NCBI GenBank assembly: GCA_016198045.1 | Contig: JACQJI010000005.1 | Coordinates: 1 to 39,193, forward strand | From: Candidatus Doudnabacteria bacterium | GTDB lineage: Bacteria; Patescibacteriota; Doudnabacteria; UBA920; O2-02-FULL-48-8 | DNA: 39,193 nucleotides | Reading direction: 5' to 3' | Shown: piece by piece, positions 39,094-39,193 of the stretch | How positions within the stretch are numbered: position 1 is the first letter of the stretch | Layout of the letters: each line of letters opens with the position of its first letter | Notes under the pieces: model-generated | Database searches by the model: none | What the model was told of the DNA's origin: nothing | The model's input: the letters and a program-made list of their open reading frames with translations, nothing else | Program-made: the position numbers and the translations under genes

Positions 39094-39193
39094 ATAAATA
39101 GGTTAGTGAGTCTCTGCGGAAACAAAAACAAAATTTTTTACTAATTACGAATGGTTACTAATATACTAATTGCCTAATTCTATTGGTATATTC

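Overview
This 39.2-kb chromosomal window is mostly housekeeping genes in a compact, operon-like layout: miaA, thrS, dnaE, a SEDS rodA/ftsW gene, rplY, rpmE-prfA-prmC, rpsB-tsf, rpmG, four tRNAs and HU. The genetic code is standard, since TGA ends conserved genes at the expected positions. A short EF-Ts, a ThrRS without the N-terminal TGS domain, a 2442-aa surface protein and many small palindromic repeats fit a small-genome Patescibacteria/CPR-like bacterium, but that is inference. There are three accessory regions. (i) 16.8-26.8 kb holds an HTH protein, a giant BNR/Fn3 surface protein and a MacB-type ABC pair (an ATPase with an unassigned C-terminal extension plus an FtsX permease). (ii) 29.5-33.3 kb holds a receiver-only response regulator and two histidine kinases. 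(iii) That cluster is interrupted by a 338-bp element bounded by 20-nt inverted repeats whose only ORF is a 100-aa GIY-YIG nuclease. The same termini bound four ORF-less MITE-like elements and one solo end elsewhere in the window, and several of these abut start codons. This autonomous/non-autonomous pattern built around a GIY-YIG nuclease is my top candidate for something undescribed. Other notable points: a compact T-box leader on thrS whose UGGA bulge matches the U73 discriminator of both tRNA-Thr genes in the window; GC-rich palindromic elements translated in-frame inside miaA and prmC; an rpmG 3' end duplicated in-frame after its stop codon with almost only synonymous differences; an orphan consensus promoter plus terminator (sRNA or attenuator candidate); and a GC-richer segment carrying HU at 36.8-39 kb. 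All coordinates were derived by hand from the printed sequence.
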